Source: the human T2T-CHM13v2.0 reference genome, Homo sapiens | Length of the DNA: 64,000 nt | Assembly (NCBI RefSeq): GCF_009914755.1 | Contig: NC_060939.1 | Direction: 5' to 3' (one strand) | Part shown: positions 60,085-64,000 of the stretch, piece after piece | Position numbering within the stretch: position 1 is the first letter of the stretch | Layout of the letters: each line of letters begins with the position of its first letter | Translations under genes and position numbers: made by a program | The notes under the pieces: generated by a model | What the model saw: only the letters and a program-made list of their open reading frames with translations | Told to the model about the DNA's origin: nothing | The model's database searches: none

Positions 60085-61681
60085 AAGGGAAGGAGTAGCA
60101 GGATTGTGATCAGTCAGCTGCCTGAGCCTCCTCTCTGACCCCCCAGAACCTCTAGTGAACATGCCACTCAGTGTCACTGTCTTTCGGAGCTATTGCTAGT
60201 TAAAAACAGGGTAAGATTTACATGTTAAATACTTCTCTGATAATTCCCCCACCAGGGCTGCAGCGAATTTGTGGTTGAATCCACTTTTAGTTACTACCTA
60301 CTTTTCCAGTGCATAACTTAGAAACTCAAGTAGCAGAAAATAAATTTGATTTTAATTCTGAAATTACTATTGTAAAGATGAATATGACAATCCTGTGACC
60401 TCTGCTCCTTCACAGGGAAGACAGCGTCTCATGGGCTGGACCCATTCCTGTGACCGCTCTGGACTTTCTTCTAGGCTTCCTTTGTGGGTTTGGGTTCACA
60501 TTTCTCCATCCCCTCACAGGATCTAGGGCTGAATTTCTAAAGAAGAAGGAGAAGTACAGGGAAAATGGGTTGTTGTCCTTACAAAGGAAATGGTCCCATC
60601 TTTTCAATGCCCCAGGCCCTCTGGAAAGCCCACAGAGACCCCACATTGCCAGCCTGGGAATCTGAATAAAAATAACCTCAGGCCTCTTGGAATAGACACA
60701 GATGTTGTGCTTATTTTCATACATTTAGAAGCAAACGTAAACTATGAATTAATTCTGGCACCCACTAGTGACTGCAATCAACCCCAGTGTTACAAGCTGT
60801 CCTGTGGGAAGCAGATGGCAGGAATGCAGCACAGGGCAGGGCAGAACCCCAGGACAGGACAGTAGCTGCAGACCACAGGGCAGGGCAGGGCAGGGCCCCA
60901 GGACAGGACAGCAGCTGCAGACCACAGGGCAGGGCAGGGCAGGGCCCCAGGACAGGACAGTAGCTGCAGACCACAGGGCAGGAGAGGGCAGGACCCCAGG
61001 AAAGGTCAGCACTGCAGACCACAGGGTTGGGCAGGGCAGGGTAGGGCCCCAGGACAGGTCATTAGCTGCAGACCACATGGCAGGGCAGGGCAGGACCCCA
61101 GGACAGGTCAGCACTGCAGACCACATGGCAGGGCAGGGCAGGACCCCAGGACAGGTCAGCATTGCAGACCACAGGGCAGGGCAGGGCAGGACCCCAGGAC
61201 AGGTCAGCACTGCAGACCACAGGGCAGGGCAGGGCAGGGCAGGGCCCCAGGACAGGTCAGCACTGCAGACCACAGGGCAGGGCAGGGCAGGACCCCAGGA
61301 CAGGTCAGCACTGCAGACCACAGGGCAGGGCAGGGCAGGGCCCCAGGACAGGTCAGCACTGCAGACCACAGGGCAGGGCAGGGCAGGGCCCCAGGACAGG
61401 TCAGTAGCTGCATACCACAGGGTAGAGCAGGGCAGGGCCCAAGGACAGGACAGTAGCTGCAGCCCAGATGCAGTTACTGTTCTGGGACCTTCCTGAAGTA
61501 AAGGGCAGAGGCCCAGTGCCTCAGAGACCTAATACCTCTGAACTCTCTCCCCTCTCAACTCCTGCTCCTTCCTCCCCGATATCCAGGGGAGGCCATGGCT
61601 CATTCACTCCCTGCCTGAGCCTCAGAGGATCTTCAGAGAGCTGTCCAGCCTGGGACAAAGAGGCTGGACACGTACATCTTC
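60085..61681 (+). repeat. Direct duplication, copy A' (1597 bp including the longer VNTR)
   Basis: Matches 47287-48335 from AAGGGAAGGAGT to TACATCTTC. Confidence 0.97.
60825..61462 (+). repeat. G-rich VNTR, about 48-bp unit (GCAGACCACA(GGGCA)2-4...CCCCAGGACAGGTCAGCACT) x13
   Basis: 13 CCC(C/A)AGGA anchors counted; the paralogous site at 48022-48116 has 2. Confidence 0.93.
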
Positions 61682-62427
61682 GGTCATAGCCCCCCTCCGC
61701 CACCACACACACACCAAGAGAATCCCCACAGCAGTGGGGCAGACGTGCAGGAGCATGCCAACAGCATGGAGCCTTGTAAGGAAATCTCCAAGGGGACAGG
61801 AAGAGGGACAGATCTGGGAGTGTGGGGACACTTGGCCCCGATTCATTACACCTGCCTTTAAAGTGCACCATCAAAGTTGCATGCTGTTTTCTTCCCATGT
61901 CTGCAGAGCCCTTTGTCCTCTGGCCATTGCTGACCAGCCTGGCTCCCAGACAAAGCCAGACAGATTGTTCTAAAGTGTGGATTTCCACTGGCTCTCTGCA
62001 TCTAATGAGCTGTCACTCAGAACTCTGCCTCAGAAGCCAGGCAATGCCTGGAAGAAGTGGGAGGGGACAGTAGGTGTGGCAGGATCTACAGCTGGGCCTC
62101 AGCCTTGCTGGGCAAGTGGGGAGTCTGGGCCGCCCTATACTCTGGCCCCAAATTCCACTCTCAAGGACCAATTTAGCCTCTGAGTCACCTGCTCTCCCTA
62201 GGGCAGAGCCCAACTGTGGGCAAGGTCTCTGGATCCGTCATGACCCTCAGGCCAGAGACGCCACTTGGCATTGCTCACCTTCTCTCTTCACAGCACTGTC
62301 CACTGGAATGGCTTGAGATGGAGCCCCAAACCCCTGGGTTCCCGCAGCCTGTGCTGGGTCCTGTAGATCTCACAACTGGAATCCTTTCTTTGGACTATCC
62401 AGAAGGCCTTCTTAAGATGTGGCTGTA

Positions 62428-62570
62428 GGCTGGGCATCATGGGACATGCCTGTAATCCTAGCACTTTGAGAGGCTGAGGCAGGAGGATCATTTGAGCCCA
62501 GGAGTTTGAGACCAACCTAGGCAACACAGTGAGACCTCATCTCTATCAAAAAAGGTTAAAAAAAAAAAAA
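62428..62570 (+). mobile_element. Alu monomer (FLAM-like)
   Basis: Single left arm with A tail. Confidence 0.85.
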
Positions 62571-62844
62571 GATGAAGCTGTTGCTAGAAAACCGCTTTGG
62601 AGAAAGAGGCTGTGGCCTCCCCTAGGAGGAGCTCCAGCTTCTCTGGTGTACCATGTAGCCGCAAGGGATTTCTTCCTGTGACCAAAGACATGGACCAAAA
62701 CCTGCCCCTGTAACTTCCCTCCATTTCCCTCTCTCATGGGAGGGGCTTCACACAGTACATATTTGGTGGCCATCATGGGACAAACCGCAGTGTATCTCAT
62801 CAGTGATTAAGCAAAATCATTCATGGGGCATGCACTGGGGAAAG

Positions 62845-63029
62845 GCCACATGAGGACACGGTCAGAAGGCGGCCATCCACAAGCCACGGAGTGAGGCCTC
62901 AGGAGAAACCAAACCTGCTGACCCCCTGACCTTGTTCCAGCCTCCAGAACTGGGAGAAAATTAATTTCCATTGTTTAAGCCACCTACTCTGTGCTATTTT
63001 GTAATGGCAGCCCTAGCAAACTAATAACA
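62845..63029 (+). mobile_element. MLT1 (A/B-type) LTR, 3' portion
   Basis: GAGGCCTCAGGAGAAACCAAACCTGCTGAC...CAGCCTCCAGAACTG...TGTTTAAGCCACC...GGCAGCCCTAGCAAACTAA. Confidence 0.8.
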
Positions 63030-63279
63030 CCTTTGTTTTGTGGATGATAGTAATAGAATTTAACGGTTGGATTTGTTGTGAGGTTTGAATGGGTTAACCA
63101 ATGTATGAACATAGTGCAGTTCCTGACACAGAGTAAGCACTCAGTGAAAGTTAGCTATTACGATGTAAAACCAGACTAATGGCATTTATCACATCCATTC
63201 ACTTTCTCATACAAGAAAAAGTAATGAATAAGCCTAGCTGAGTTCTCTTCCTGAACTGCAGACTCATATATACAACTTA

Positions 63280-64000
<721 letters not shown>

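Noticed and set aside
60749-61496. 242-aa and 206-aa ORFs
   Set aside because: Products of the stop-poor G-rich VNTR; the paralogous copy lacks them

Overview
Primate, almost certainly human, genomic DNA containing the complete BH3-only pro-apoptotic gene BMF on the minus strand (about 12.7-33.7 kb). Three ATG-frame coding exons of 292+161+102 nt give 184 aa. There is also an upstream in-frame CUG start, a CpG-island promoter and a 3' UTR of about 3.9 kb. The flanks are ordinary repeat-rich DNA (Alu, MIR/L2, MLT, Tigger/MER, LTR12, L1). The unusual part lies 14-28 kb upstream of the BMF promoter: an approximately 11.75-kb block (48336-60084) flanked by a direct duplication of about 1 kb of local DNA (47287-48335 and 60085-61681). 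The block holds an approximately 8.5-kb SATR-type satellite built from approximately 75-bp palindrome-containing monomers, arranged as inverted arms around AT-rich cores in higher-order units. The satellite is fused to a 1.45-kb mitochondrial insertion (ND4'-tRNA His/Ser/Leu-ND5'). A (GGGCA)-rich VNTR has 13 units in one copy of the duplication and 2 in the other. Other notable points are a one-base-disrupted canonical NF-kB site in the intron after the first ATG exon and a short inverted templated insertion inside an Alu monomer. Repeat subfamily names and most repeat boundaries are by-eye estimates.
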